Origin: Chiloscyllium plagiosum
Lineage: Eukaryota
Direction: 5' to 3'
DNA: 64,000 bases
NCBI RefSeq assembly: GCF_004010195.1
Contig: NC_057752.1
Coordinates: 14,475,355-14,539,354 of the forward strand
The notes under the pieces were generated by a model that saw only the letters and a program-made list of their open reading frames with translations, was not told the origin of the DNA and did no database searches. The position numbers and the translations under genes were made by a program. How positions within the stretch are numbered: the stretch's first letter is position 1; every line of letters begins with the position of its first letter. Below, piece after piece: positions 1-12,180 of the stretch.

Positions 1-3000
1 AAAGCTAATCCCTGAACAGTACCTCACTCAGAAAGCTGCTCCCTGTCCAGTACCTCACACAGAAAGCTGCTCCCTGTACAGTACCTCACTCAGAAAGCTG
101 CTCCCGGAACAGCACCTCACTCAGAAAGCTGCTCACTGTCCAATACCACACACAGAAAGCTGCTCCTTGCACAGTACCTCAATCAGAAAGCTGCTCCCTG
201 TCCAGTACCTCACACAGAAAGCTGCTCCCTGCACAGTACCTCACACAGAAAGCTGCTCCCTGTCGAGTATCTCACACAGAAAGCTGCTCCCTGTCCAATA
301 CCACACACAGAAAGCTGCTCCCTGTCCAGTACCTCACACAGAAAGCTGCTCCCTGTGCAGTACCTCACACAGAAAGCTGCTCCCTGTGCAGTACCTCACA
401 CAGAAACCTGCTCCCGGTACAGTAACTCACCCAGAAAGCTGCTCCCTGTCCAGTATCTCACACAGAAAGCTGCTCGCTGTCCTGTACCTCACACAAAAAG
501 CTGCTCCCTGTACTGTACCTCACACAGAAACCTGCTCCCGGTACAGTACCTCACACAGAAAGCTACTCCCTGCACAGTACCTCACTCAGAAAGCTGCTCC
601 CTGCACAGTACCTCACTCAGAAAGCTGCTCCCTGTACAGTATCTGACACAGAAAGCTACTCCCTGACCAGTACCTCACACAGAAAGCTGCTCCCTGTCCA
701 GTATCTCACACAGAATGCTGCTCCCTGTCCAGTATCTCACACAGAAAGCTGCTCCCGGTACAGTACCTCACTCAGAAAGCTGCTCCCGGTACAGCACCTC
801 ACTCAGAAAGCTGCTCACGGTACAGTACCTCACTCAGAAAGCCTCTCCCTGTCCAGTACCTCACTCAGAAAGCTGCTGCCTGTCCAGTATCTCACACAGA
901 AAGCTGCTCCCTGTGCAGGATCTCAGACAGAAACCTGATCCATGGACAGCACCTCATTCAGAAAGCTGCTCCCTGTCCAGTACCTCACACAGAAGGCTGC
1001 TCCCTGTACAGGACCTCACACAGAAAGCTGCTCCCTGTCCAGTACCACACACAGAAAGCTGCTCCCTGTCCAGTACCTCACACAGAAAGCTGCTCCCTGT
1101 CCAGTACCACACACAGAAAGCTGCTCCCTGTCCAGTACCACACACAGAAAGCTGCTCCCGGTACAGTACCTCACACAGAAAGCTGCTCCCTGTCCAGTAC
1201 CTCACTCAGAACGCTTCTCCCTGTCCAGTACCTCACACAGAAAGCTGCTCCCGGTACAGTACCTCACTCAGAAACCTGCTCCCGGTACAGTACCTCACAC
1301 AGAAAGCTACCCCCTGAACAGTACCTCAATCAGAAAGCTGCTCCCTGTCCAGTACCTCACACAGAAAGCTGCTCCCTGTCCAGTACCACACACAGAAAGC
1401 TGCTCCCTGTCCAGTACCACACACAGAAAGCTGCTCCCGGTACAGTACCTCACTCAGAAAGCTGCTCCCGGAACAGCACCTCACTCAGAAAGCTGCTCCC
1501 TGTCCAGTACCTCACACAGAAAGCTGCTCCCTATACAGTACCTCACACAGAAAGCTGCTCCCTGTACAGTATCTCACACAGAAACCTGATCCATGGACAG
1601 TACCTCACTCAGAAAGCCTCTCCCTGTCCAGTGCATCACACAGAAAGTTGCTCCCTGTCCTGTACCACACACAGAAACCTGCTCCCGGTAGAGTACCTCA
1701 CACAGAAAGCTAATCCCTGAACAGTACCTCAATCAGAAAGCTGCTCCCTGTCCAGTACCTCACACAGAAAGCTGCTCCCTGTCCAGTACCTCACATAGAA
1801 AGCTGCTCCCGGTACAGTACCTCACATAGAAAGCTGCTCCCGGTACAGTACCTCACTCAGAAAGCTGCTCCCGGAACAGCACCTCAGACAGAAAGCTGCT
1901 CCCTGTACAGTATCTCACACAGAAAGCTGCTCCCTGTCCAGTACCTCACTCAGAAAGCTGCTCCCGGTACAGTACCTCACTCAGAAAGCTGCTCCCGGTC
2001 CAGTACCTCACACAGAAAGCTGCTCCCTGTCTTGTCCCTCACACAGAAAGCGGCTCCCGGTCCAACATCTCACACAGAAAGCTGCTCCCGGTACAGTACC
2101 TCACACAGAAAGCTGCTCCCTGTCCAGTACCTCACTCAGAAAGCTGCTCCCTGTCCAGTACCTCACACAGAAAGTTGCTCCCTGTCCACTCCCTCACACA
2201 GAAATCGGCTCCCTGTCCAGTATCTCACACAGAAAGCTGCTCCCGGTCAAGTACCTCACACAGAAAGCTGCTCCCTGTCCAGTATCTCACTGAGAAAGCT
2301 GCTCCCGGTACAGTATCTCAAACAGAAAGCTGCTCAAGGTACAGTACCTCACTCAGAATGCGGCTGCCTGTGCAGTACTTCACACAGAAAGCTGCTCCCG
2401 GTACAGTATCTCACACAGAAAGCTGCCCGTTGACCAGTCCCTCACACAGAAAGCTGCTCCCTGTCCAGTATCTCACACAGAAAGCTGCTCCCGGTACAGG
2501 ACCTCACACAGAAAGCTGCTCGCTGTCCTGTGCCTCACACAGAAAGCTGCTCCCTGTCCAGTACCTCACTCAGAAAGCCTCTCTCTGTCCAGTACCTCAC
2601 TAAGAAAGCTGCTCCCTGTCCAGTACCTCACACAGAAAGCTGCTCCCGGTACAGTACATCACTCAGAAACCTGCTCCCTGTACAGTATCTCACACAGAAA
2701 GCTGCTTCCTGGACAGTACCTCACACAGAAAGCTGCTCCCTGTCCAGTCCCTCACACAGAAAGCGGCTCCCGGTCCAGTATCTCACACGGAAAGCTGCTC
2801 CCTGACCAGTACCACACACAGAAAGCTGCTCACGGTACAGAACTCACTCAGAAAGCCTCTCCCTGTCCAGTACCTCACTCAGAAAGCTGCTCCCTGTCCA
2901 GTACCTCACACAGAAAGCTGCTCCCTGTCCACTACCTCACACAGAAACCTGATCCATGGACAGTACCTCACACAGAAAGCCGCTCCCTGTCCAGTACATC

Positions 3001-6000
3001 ACACAGAAAGCTGCTCCCGGTACAGTACATCACTCAGAAACGTGCTCCCGGTACAGTACCTCACTCAGAAAGTTGCTCCCTGTCCAGTATCTCACACAGA
3101 ATAGCTGCTCCCTGTCCAGTACCTCACACAGAAAGCTTCTCCCTGTCCAGTATCTCACACAGAATAGCTGCTCCCTGTCCAGTACCTCACACAGAAAGCT
3201 GTTCCCTGTACAGTACCTCACACAGAAAGCTGCTCCCTGTCCAGTACCTCACATAGAAAGCTGATCCTGGTACAGTACCTCACTCAGAAAGCTGCTCCCT
3301 TTCCAGTACCACACACAGAAAGCTGCTCAAGGTACAGTACCTCACTCAGAAAGCCTCTCTCTGTCCAGTACCTCACTAAGAAAGCTGCTCCTTGTCCAGT
3401 ACCTCACTCCGAAAGCTGCTTCCTGGACAGTACCTCACACAGAAAGCTGCACCCTGTCCAGTCCCTCACACAGAAAGCGGCTCCCGGTCCACTATCTCAC
3501 ACAGAAAGCTGCTCCCTGATCAGTACCTCACACAGAAAGCTGCTCACGGTCCAGTACCTCACTCAGAAAGCCGCTCCCTGTCCAGTACCTCACACAGAAA
3601 GCTGCTCCCTGTGCAGTATCTCACACAGAAACCTTATCCATGGACAGTACCTCACACAGAAAGTCGCTCCCTGTCCAGTACCACACACAGAAAGTCGCTC
3701 CCTGTCCAGTATCTCACACAGAAAGCGGCTCCCTGTCCAGTATCTCACACGGAAAGCTGCTCCCGGTACAGTACATCACTCAGAAACCTGCTCCCGGGAC
3801 AGTACCTCACTCAGAAAGTTGCTCCCTGTCCAGTATCTCACACAGAAAGCTGCTCCCTGTCCAGTACCTCACACAGAGAGCTGCTCCCTGTCCAGTACCA
3901 CACACAGAAAGCTGCTCCCGGTACAGTACCTCACACAGAAAGCTGCTCCCGGTACAGCACCTCACACAGAAAGCTGCTCGCTGTCCAGTACCTCACTCGA
4001 ACATCCGCTCCATGTGCAGTACGTCACTCAGAAAGCTGCTCCCGGTACAGTACCTCACTCACAATGCCGCTCCATGTCCAGTACCTCACTCAGAAAGCTG
4101 CTCCCTGTACAGTGTCTCACACAGAAAGCCGTGCCCTGTCCATACCTCACACAGAAAGCGGCTACCTGTACAGTACCACACACAGAAAGCTGCTTCCTGT
4201 CCAGTACCTCACTCAGAAAGCTGCTCCCTGTCCAGTACCACACACAGAAAGCTGCTCATGGTACAGCACCTCACTCAGAAAGCCTCTCTCTGTCCAGTAC
4301 CTCACTAAGAAAGCTGCTCCCTGTCCAGTACCTCACACAGAAAGCTGCTCCCTGTCCAGTACCTCACGCAGAAAGCTGCTCCCTGTACAGTACATCACTC
4401 TGAAACCTGCTCCCTGTACAGTATCTCACACAGAAACCTGCTTCCTGGACAGTACCTCACACAGAAAGCTGCGCCCTGTCCAGTCCCTCACACAGAAAGC
4501 TGCTCCCTGTCCAGTATCTCACTCAGAAAGCTGCTCCCGGTACTGTCCAGTCCCTCACACAGAAAGCGGCTCCCGGTCCAGTATCTCGCACAGAAAGCTG
4601 CTCCCGGTACAGTACCTCACACAGAAATCTGCTCCCTGTCCAGTCCCTCACACAGAAAGCTGCTCCCGGTACAGTACCTCACACAGAAAGCTGCTCCCTG
4701 TCCAGTATCTCACTCAGAAAGCTGCTCCCGGTACAGTATCTCACACAGAAAGCTGCTCCCGGTACAGTACCTCACTCAGAAAACGGATGCCTGTACAATA
4801 CTTCACACAGAAAGCTGCTCTCTGTCCAGTACCTCACACAGAAAGCTGCTCCCTGTCCAGTCCCTCACACAGAAAGCGGCTCCCGGTACAGTACCTCACT
4901 CAGAAAGCTACTTCCTGTCCAGTCCCTCACATAGAAAGCGGCTCCCGGTCCAGTATCTCACACAGAAAGCTGCTCCCTGTCCAGCACCTCACACAGAAAG
5001 CTGCTCCCTGTACAGTAAGTACCTCACTCAGAAAGCGGCTGCCTGTACAGTACTTCACACAGAAAGCTGCTCCCTGTCCAGTATCTCACTCAGAAAGCTG
5101 CTCCCGGTACAGTATCTCACACAGAAAGCTGCTCCCGGTACAGCACCTCACTCAGAAAGCTGCTCCCTGTCCAGTACCTCACACAGAAAGCTGCTCCCTG
5201 TCCAGTATCTCACTCAGAAAGCTGCTCCCGGTCCTGTACCTCACTCAGAAAGTTGCTCCCTGTCCAGTACCTCACACAGAAAGCTGCTCCCGGTCCAGTA
5301 CCTCACTCAGAAAGCTGCTCCCTGTCCAGTTCCTCACACAGAAAGTTGCTCCCTGTCCAGTCCCTCACACAGAAAGCGGCTCCCTGTCCAGTATCTCACA
5401 CAGAAAGCTGCTCCCGGTAAAGTACCTCACACAGAAAGCTGCTCCCTGTCCAGTATCTCACTCAGAAAGCTGCTCCCGGTACAGTATCTCACTCAGAAAG
5501 CTGCTCCCTGTCCAGTACTTCACACAGAAAGCTGCTCCCTGTCCAGTACCTCACACAGAAAGCTGCTCCCTGTCCAGTTCCTCACTCAGAATGCTGCTCC
5601 CCGTACAGTACCTCACTCAGAAAGCTGCCCCGGGACAGGATCTCACACAGAAAGCTGCTCCCAGTACAGTACTTCACTCAGAAAGCAGCTGCCTGTACTG
5701 TACTTCACACAGAAAGCTGCTCCCTGTCCAGAACCACATTCAGAAAGCTGCTCCCTGTCCAGTACCTCACACAGAAAGCTGCTCCCTGTACAGTAAGTAC
5801 CTCACTCAGAAAGCTACTCCCTGTCCAGGATCTCACTTAGAAAGCTGCTCCCGGTACAGTATCTCACACAGAAAGCCGCTCCCGGTACAGTATATCACAC
5901 AGAAAGCTGTTCCCGGTATAGCACCTCACACAGAAAGCTGCTCCCTGTCTCGTATCTCACACAGAAAGCTGCTCCCTGTCCAGTACCTCACTCAGAAAGC

Positions 6001-7173
6001 TGCTCCCGGGACAGTACCTCACACAGAAAGCTGCTCCCTGTCCAATATCTCACTGAGAAAGCTGCTCCCGGTGCAGCACCTCACTCAGAAAGCTGCTCCC
6101 TGTCCAGTACCTCACACAGAAAGTTGCTCCGTGGACAGTATCTCACTCAGAAAGCTGCTCCCGTACAGTACCTCACTCAGAAAGCTGCTCCATATCCAGT
6201 ATCTCACACAGAAAGCTGCTCCCGGAAAAGTACCTCACACAGAAAGCTGCTCCCGGTACAGTATCTCACACAGAAAGCTGCTCCCGGTACAATATCTCAC
6301 ACAGAAAGCTGCTCTAGGTACAGTACCTCACTCAGAAAGCGGCTGCCTGTACAGTACTTCACACAGAAAGCTGCTCCCTGTCCAGTATCTCACACAGAAA
6401 GCTGCTCCCGGTACAGTATCGCACACAGAAAGCTGCTCACTGTCCAGTCCCTCAAACAAAAAGCGGCTCCCGGTCCAGTATCTGACACAGAAAGCTGCTC
6501 CCGGTACAGTACCTCACACAGAAAGCTGCTCCCGGTACAGTACCTCACTCAGAAAGCTGCTCCCTGTCCAGTACCTCACACAGAAAGCTGCTCCCGGTGC
6601 AGTACCTCACACAGAAAGCTACTCCCTGTCCAGTACCTCACTCAGAAAGCTGCTCCCGGTGCAGTACCTCACTCACAATGCTGCTCCATGTCCAGTACCT
6701 CACTCAGAATGCTGCTCCCTGTACAGTGTCTCACACAGAAAGCCGTGCCCTGTCCATACCTCACACAGAAAGCGACTACCTGTACAGTACCTCACACAGA
6801 AAGCTGCTCCCGGTACAGTACCTCACTCAGAAAGCCGCTCCATGTCCAGTACCTCACTCAGAAAGCTGCTCCCTGTACAGTGTCTCACACAGAAAGCCGT
6901 GCCCTGTCCAGTACCTCACACAGAAAGCGGCTACCTGTACAGTACCTCACACAGAAAGCTGCTCCCTGTCCAGTACCTTACACAGAAAGCTGCTCCCTGT
7001 CCAGTACCACACACAGAAAGCTGCTTCCTGTCCAGTACCTCACTCAGAAAGCTGCTCCCTGTCCAGTACCACACACAGAAAGCTGCTCATGGTACAGCAC
7101 CTCACTCAGAAAGCCTCTCTCTGTCCAGTACCTCACTAAGAAAGCTGCTCCCTGTCCAGTACCTCACACAGAA
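1..7173. repeat. 31-bp tandem satellite, consensus CAGTACCTCACACAGAAAGCTGCTCCCTGTC (about 230 copies, open at window start and at gap)
   Basis: Unit read directly throughout. Three units (93 bp) translate to the 31-aa cycle QYLTQKAAPCPVPHTESCSLSSTSHRKLLPV seen in all + strand ORFs here. Confidence 0.97.
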
Positions 7174-7673
7174 NNNNNNNNNNNNNNNNNNNNNNNNNNN
7201 NNNNNNNNNNNNNNNNNNNNNNNNNNNNNNNNNNNNNNNNNNNNNNNNNNNNNNNNNNNNNNNNNNNNNNNNNNNNNNNNNNNNNNNNNNNNNNNNNNNN
7301 NNNNNNNNNNNNNNNNNNNNNNNNNNNNNNNNNNNNNNNNNNNNNNNNNNNNNNNNNNNNNNNNNNNNNNNNNNNNNNNNNNNNNNNNNNNNNNNNNNNN
7401 NNNNNNNNNNNNNNNNNNNNNNNNNNNNNNNNNNNNNNNNNNNNNNNNNNNNNNNNNNNNNNNNNNNNNNNNNNNNNNNNNNNNNNNNNNNNNNNNNNNN
7501 NNNNNNNNNNNNNNNNNNNNNNNNNNNNNNNNNNNNNNNNNNNNNNNNNNNNNNNNNNNNNNNNNNNNNNNNNNNNNNNNNNNNNNNNNNNNNNNNNNNN
7601 NNNNNNNNNNNNNNNNNNNNNNNNNNNNNNNNNNNNNNNNNNNNNNNNNNNNNNNNNNNNNNNNNNNNNNNNN
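7174..7673. other. Assembly gap (500 N)
   Basis: Run of N; the round size suggests a scaffolding gap of unknown true length. Confidence 0.99.
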
Positions 7674-8289
7674 TGACAACACTATGGCTTGAAGAAATGT
7701 ATTTTATCCTTTTTTTTGTGAAGAGCGGTTGAGACAGAGGTGAGGAGTGGCTTGTTCCAAGCCAATGAAGTAAACAGTCTGTGAGGTCTTTGGGTTTTTG
7801 GAAGTTGGAATGTTAGAAACAGCACGAGTGTGTGGAGTCAGGCTCCCATAGAACCAGAGTTTTAGCTTAACCTTCAGCAGTTATTGGGGTCTTGAAGCTG
7901 GTTATAGAAGGTGTTATTCCTCTCTCTGTTCCAGCTGAAAGCTGGAGGTCTCCCTGCTGCCAGAATTGCCTGTGACTCATTCGGTTTTACTATCTTTGCC
8001 AACAGTGTGTTTATGGGATGTTACTACATTGCAACTGTTACTGTATAGGAGGTAAATAATGGTTAATCAGTTACGTTTCCCAGTAAAGTTTACATTAGAC
8101 CAATCTTTTTTTTCTTTTGTTTGTATTTTAACTGTAGGATAAGAGTAAAGTGTCAGCTTGAGGCCGAGTAGTGTAACTAATCGAATTAATCTGGAACACA
8201 GCACCTTACACTTACCTTTAAATAAGGAAAAGTTAGGGTCTGTGTTATCTCCTTGATATATTTGAATGGGTTTTGGTCTGGTCATAACA
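7674..8289 (+). mobile_element. Probable solo LTR
   Basis: Ends in ...GGTCATAACA. Its 3' end aligns by eye to the reverse complement of 30597-30750. Non-coding. Confidence 0.5.
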
Positions 8290-8990
8290 AGATTCTATAG
8301 GAAGGACAGAAAGGGGAGGCAAGAGAAGAGGGGGAGTGACATTTTGGATGAGGGAAAACATCACGGCAGTACTTGGAGAGGATATTCCCGGGGGATCATC
8401 CAGTGGAGCTATATGGGTGGAACCCAGAAATAAGAAGGAGGTGATCACTTTGATCGGATTGCAATATAGACCACCACCACCACCGCCCCACCACCCGCAA
8501 ATACACCAGTCAGCCAGAAATTGAGGAGCAAATATGTAGGGAGACCACAGATAGCTGTCAGAATAATTGGGCTGTAATACTAAGGGATTTTAACTTTCTA
8601 AACATAGACTGGGACTGCCAAACATATCAAAAGGTTGGATGGGGAAGACTTTGTTAAGTGTGTTCAAGGAAACGATCTCAATTCATGTGTAGATAGCCCT
8701 ATTAGAAAGGCTCTTGGGTAATAAGCTGAAAATGTGTTGCTGGAAAAGCGCAGCAGGTCAAGCAGCATCCAAGGAGCAGGAGAATCGACGTTTCGGGCAT
8801 AAGCCCTTCTTCAGGAAGGGCTTATGCCCGAAACGTCGATTCTCCTGTTCCTTGGATGCTGCCTGACCTGCTGCGCTTTTCCAGCAACACATTTTCAGCT
8901 CTGAGCTCCAGCATCTGCAGCCCTCACTTTCTCCTCTTGGGTAATAAGGCAGGGCAAGTGACTGAGATGTGGTCGAGCACTTCGGGACCA
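8290..8990 (+). mobile_element. CR1 LINE ORF2, endonuclease region (segment 1 of an interrupted copy)
   Basis: Translates to SSGAIWVEPRNKKEVITLIGLQYRPP, GDFN-like and LLGNKAGQVT motifs. Continues at 10463 (EHFGT / SDHNSI). Confidence 0.85.
8726..8933. mobile_element. Palindromic Penelope-like terminal fragment with 15-bp target-site duplication
   Basis: 86-bp inverted arms 8724-8809 and 8815-8900. TSD CTCTTGGGTAATAAG at 8711-8725 and 8934-8948. Confidence 0.85.
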
Positions 8991-10462
8991 CAGAGTCAAA
9001 GATTCACAGAGATGTAGAGCATGGAAACAGACCCTTCAGTCCAACCCGTCCATGCCGACCAGATATCCCAACCCAATCTAGTCCCACCTGCCAGCACCCG
9101 GCCCATATCCCTCCAAACCCTTCCTATTCATATACCCATCCAAATGCCTCTTAAATGTTGCAANNNNNNNNNNNNNNNNNNNNNNNNNNNNNNNNNNNNN
9201 NNNNNNNNNNNNNNNNNNNNNNNNNNNNNNNNNNNNNNNNNNNNNNNNNNNNNNNNNNNNNNNNNNNNNNNNNNNNNNNNNNNNNNNNNNNNNNNNNNNN
9301 NNNNNNNNNNNNNNNNNNNNNNNNNNNNNNNNNNNNNNNNNNNNNNNNNNNNNNNNNNNNNNNNNNNNNNNNNNNNNNNNNNNNNNNNNNNNNNNNNNNN
9401 NNNNNNNNNNNNNNNNNNNNNNNNNNNNNNNNNNNNNNNNNNNNNNNNNNNNNNNNNNNNNNNNNNNNNNNNNNNNNNNNNNNNNNNNNNNNNNNNNNNN
9501 NNNNNNNNNNNNNNNNNNNNNNNNNNNNNNNNNNNNNNNNNNNNNNNNNNNNNNNNNNNNNNNNNNNNNNNNNNNNNNNNNNNNNNNNNNNNNNNNNNNN
9601 NNNNNNNNNNNNNNNNNNNNNNNNNNNNNNNNNNNNNNNNNNNNNNNNNCTGTACCTCTTATGCTCACATCCAAATCATTTATATAAATGACGAAAAGTA
9701 GTGGGCCCAGCACCGATCCATGTGGCACTCCACTGGTCACAGGCCTCCAGTCTGAAAAACAACCCTCCACCACCACCCTCTGTCTTCTACCTTTGAGCCA
9801 GTTCTGTATCCAAATGGCTAGTTCTCCCTGTATTCCATGAGATCTAACCTTGCTAATCAGTCTCCCATGGGGAACCTTGTCGAACACCTTACTGAAGTCC
9901 ACACAGATCACAACTACCGCTCTGCCCTCATCAATCTTCTTTGTTACTTCTTCAAAAAACTCAATCAAGTTTGTGAGACATGATAGCCAAGTTGACTATC
10001 CCTAATCAGTCCTTGCCTTTCTAAATACATGTACATCCTGTCCCTCAGGATTCCCTCCAACAACTTGCCCACCACTGAGGTCTATAGTTCCCTGGCTTGT
10101 CTTTACTGCCCTTCTTAAACAGTGGCACCACGTTTGCCAACCTCCAGTCTTCCGCTACCTCACCTGTGACTATCGATGATACAAATATTTCAGCAAGAGG
10201 CCCAGCAATCACTTCCCTAGCTTCCCACAGAGGTCTAGGATACACCTGATTAGGTCCTGGGGATTTTTCCACCTTTAACCATTTCAAGACATCCAGCACT
10301 TCCTCCTCTATAATCTGGACATTTTGCAAGATGTCACCATCTATTTCCCTACAGTCTATATCTTCCATATCCTTTTCCACAGTAAATACTGATGCAAAAT
10401 ATTCATTTAGTATCTCCCCCATTTTCTGTGGCTCCACACAAAGGCCACCTTGCTGATCTTTG
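8991..10462 (-). mobile_element. 5'-truncated CR1 LINE (RT domain to 3' UTR), contains a gap
   Basis: ORFs with [45 protein letters not shown]1 3' tail near 9000. Confidence 0.92.
9164..9649. other. Assembly gap
   Basis: Run of N. Confidence 0.99.
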
Positions 10463-11553
10463 AGCGACCATAATTCTATTAGCTTTAAAACAATTAAAGT
10501 TTAAAACTGGGACAGGGTCAATTTTGATAGTGTTAGGAAGGAACTTTCAAAAGTTGATCGGGAGGGGCTGTTTGCAGGTAAAAGGACGTCTGACAAGTGG
10601 GAGGCTTTCAAAAGTGAGATAATGAGAGTTCAGGGACAGCATGTTCCTGTTATTGTGAGGGGGAAGGCTGGCAGGAGTAGGGAAACTAGGTGACTAGAGA
10701 TATTGAGGCTCTGGTCAAGAAAAAGGAGGCATATGCCAGACATTGGCAGTTGGGATCAAGTGAACCCCTGAAGGAGCATAGGGGATGTAGGAGTATGCTT
10801 AAATCAGGAGGGCTAAAAGGGAACACAAGAGAGCTTTGGCAGGTAAAGTTAAGGAGATCCAAAGTGATTCTACAAGTCTACTAAGGATAAAAGAGTAACT
10901 AGGGAGAGAATAGACACCCTTAAAGATCAACGAGGCCATCTGTGTGTGGAACCGCAGGAGATGGGTGAGCTCCGAAATGCATATTTCACATCAACATTTG
11001 CTCTGGAGAAAGACATGGAAGCTAGGGAGCTCAGGGAAATAAACGGTGATGTCTTGAAACAAGTCCACATTACAGAAGAGGAGGTGCTGGAGGTCTAAAA
11101 ATGCATAAAGGCAGATAAATCCCTGGGACCTGATCAGGTGTATCCCAGGACATTGTGGGAAGAGATTATGGGCCCCCCAGCAGAGATATTTCTTTCATCA
11201 ATAGCCACGTTTGAGGTGCTGGATAACTGGAGGGCAGCTAATGTTGAGCCATTATTGAAGAAAGGCTGTAAGGAAAAGGCAGGGAACTATAGGCCGGTGA
11301 GCCTGATGTCAGTGGTGGGTAAGTTGGTGGAGGGGATTCGGAGTGACAGGATTTAAAGCATTCTGGAAAGGTGAGACCTGATTCAGGATAGTTAGCATCG
11401 CTTTGTGCGTGGGAAATCATATCTCACTAACTTGATTGGGTATTTTTAAGAGGTGACTGAGAAGGTAGATGAAGGTAGAAGATTGACGTTGTTCACATGG
11501 ACTTCAGCAAGGCCTTCGACAAGGTCCCGCATGGTAGACTGGTTAGTAAGGTT
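10463..11553 (+). mobile_element. CR1 LINE ORF2 (segment 2, degenerate)
   Basis: YPRTLWE...NWRAANVEPL...GNYRPVSL, DFSKAFDKVPH with stops and frameshifts. Confidence 0.9.
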
Positions 11554-12180
11554 ACCTAACCACCTTACCATACATCAACGAAGTCTCGGAAATGATAGCC
11601 AGACTACTAAGACCTCTCGGAATCCTGATAGCACAAAAACCCACCAACACTCTCAAAGAAAAGGTAACAAACTTAAAAGATTCAGTACAACCCATGGACA
11701 AAACCAACGTAGTCTACAAAATTCCATGCAAGGACTGCCACAAACACTAGTAGGACAAACAGGAAGAAAGTTAGCCACCAGGATACATGAACACCAGCTA
11801 GCCACAAAAAGACACGACTCTCTCTCCCTCGTAGCCCTACACACGGATGGAAAAACTACCAATTTGACTGGGACAACACATCTATCCTGGGACAGGCTAA
11901 GCAAAGACATGCCAGAGAATTCCTAGAGGCCTGGCACTCCAACCACAACGCCATAAACAAACACATAGATCTAGATGCCATCTATCAACCCCTCAGGAAA
12001 CAAACAGGAAATGACATCACCACAAACCCCAGAAACCCCATCCAGGAGAACGATATAAATAGAAAGCAGGAGACAACAGCTTCACTTCACTTGGAGGTCG
12101 CCACTGATGATGTTACCTAGCCAGGTAATGAAACGTCTGGATATCAAACCTACAGCTCAGCGAGCAAACCTAGACCCTAA
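11554..12180 (+). mobile_element. Penelope-like element 3' part with GIY-YIG endonuclease
   Basis: Across frames: NVVYKIPCKDC...VGQTGRKLATRIHEHQLATKRHDSLSLVALH...FDWDNTSILGQAKQRHAREFLEAWHS. Followed by a hammerhead motif. Confidence 0.88.
12101..12140 (+). ncRNA. Minimal type I hammerhead ribozyme motif
   Basis: CCA-CTGATGA-T-GTTACCT-AGCC-AGGTAAT-GAAA-CG-TC-TGG: core boxes CUGAUGA and GAAA, stem II GUUACCU/AGGUAAU, stem I CCA/UGG, UC cleavage site. Confidence 0.75.

Noticed and set aside
1..7173. CRISPR array
   Set aside because: Head-to-tail repeats with no unique spacers, no cas genes, vertebrate context.
3392..7732. 1446-aa ORF and other ORFs in the satellite as protein-coding genes
   Set aside because: Translation of a 31-bp repeat that gives the same peptide in all frames; runs through N; no splice or domain evidence.
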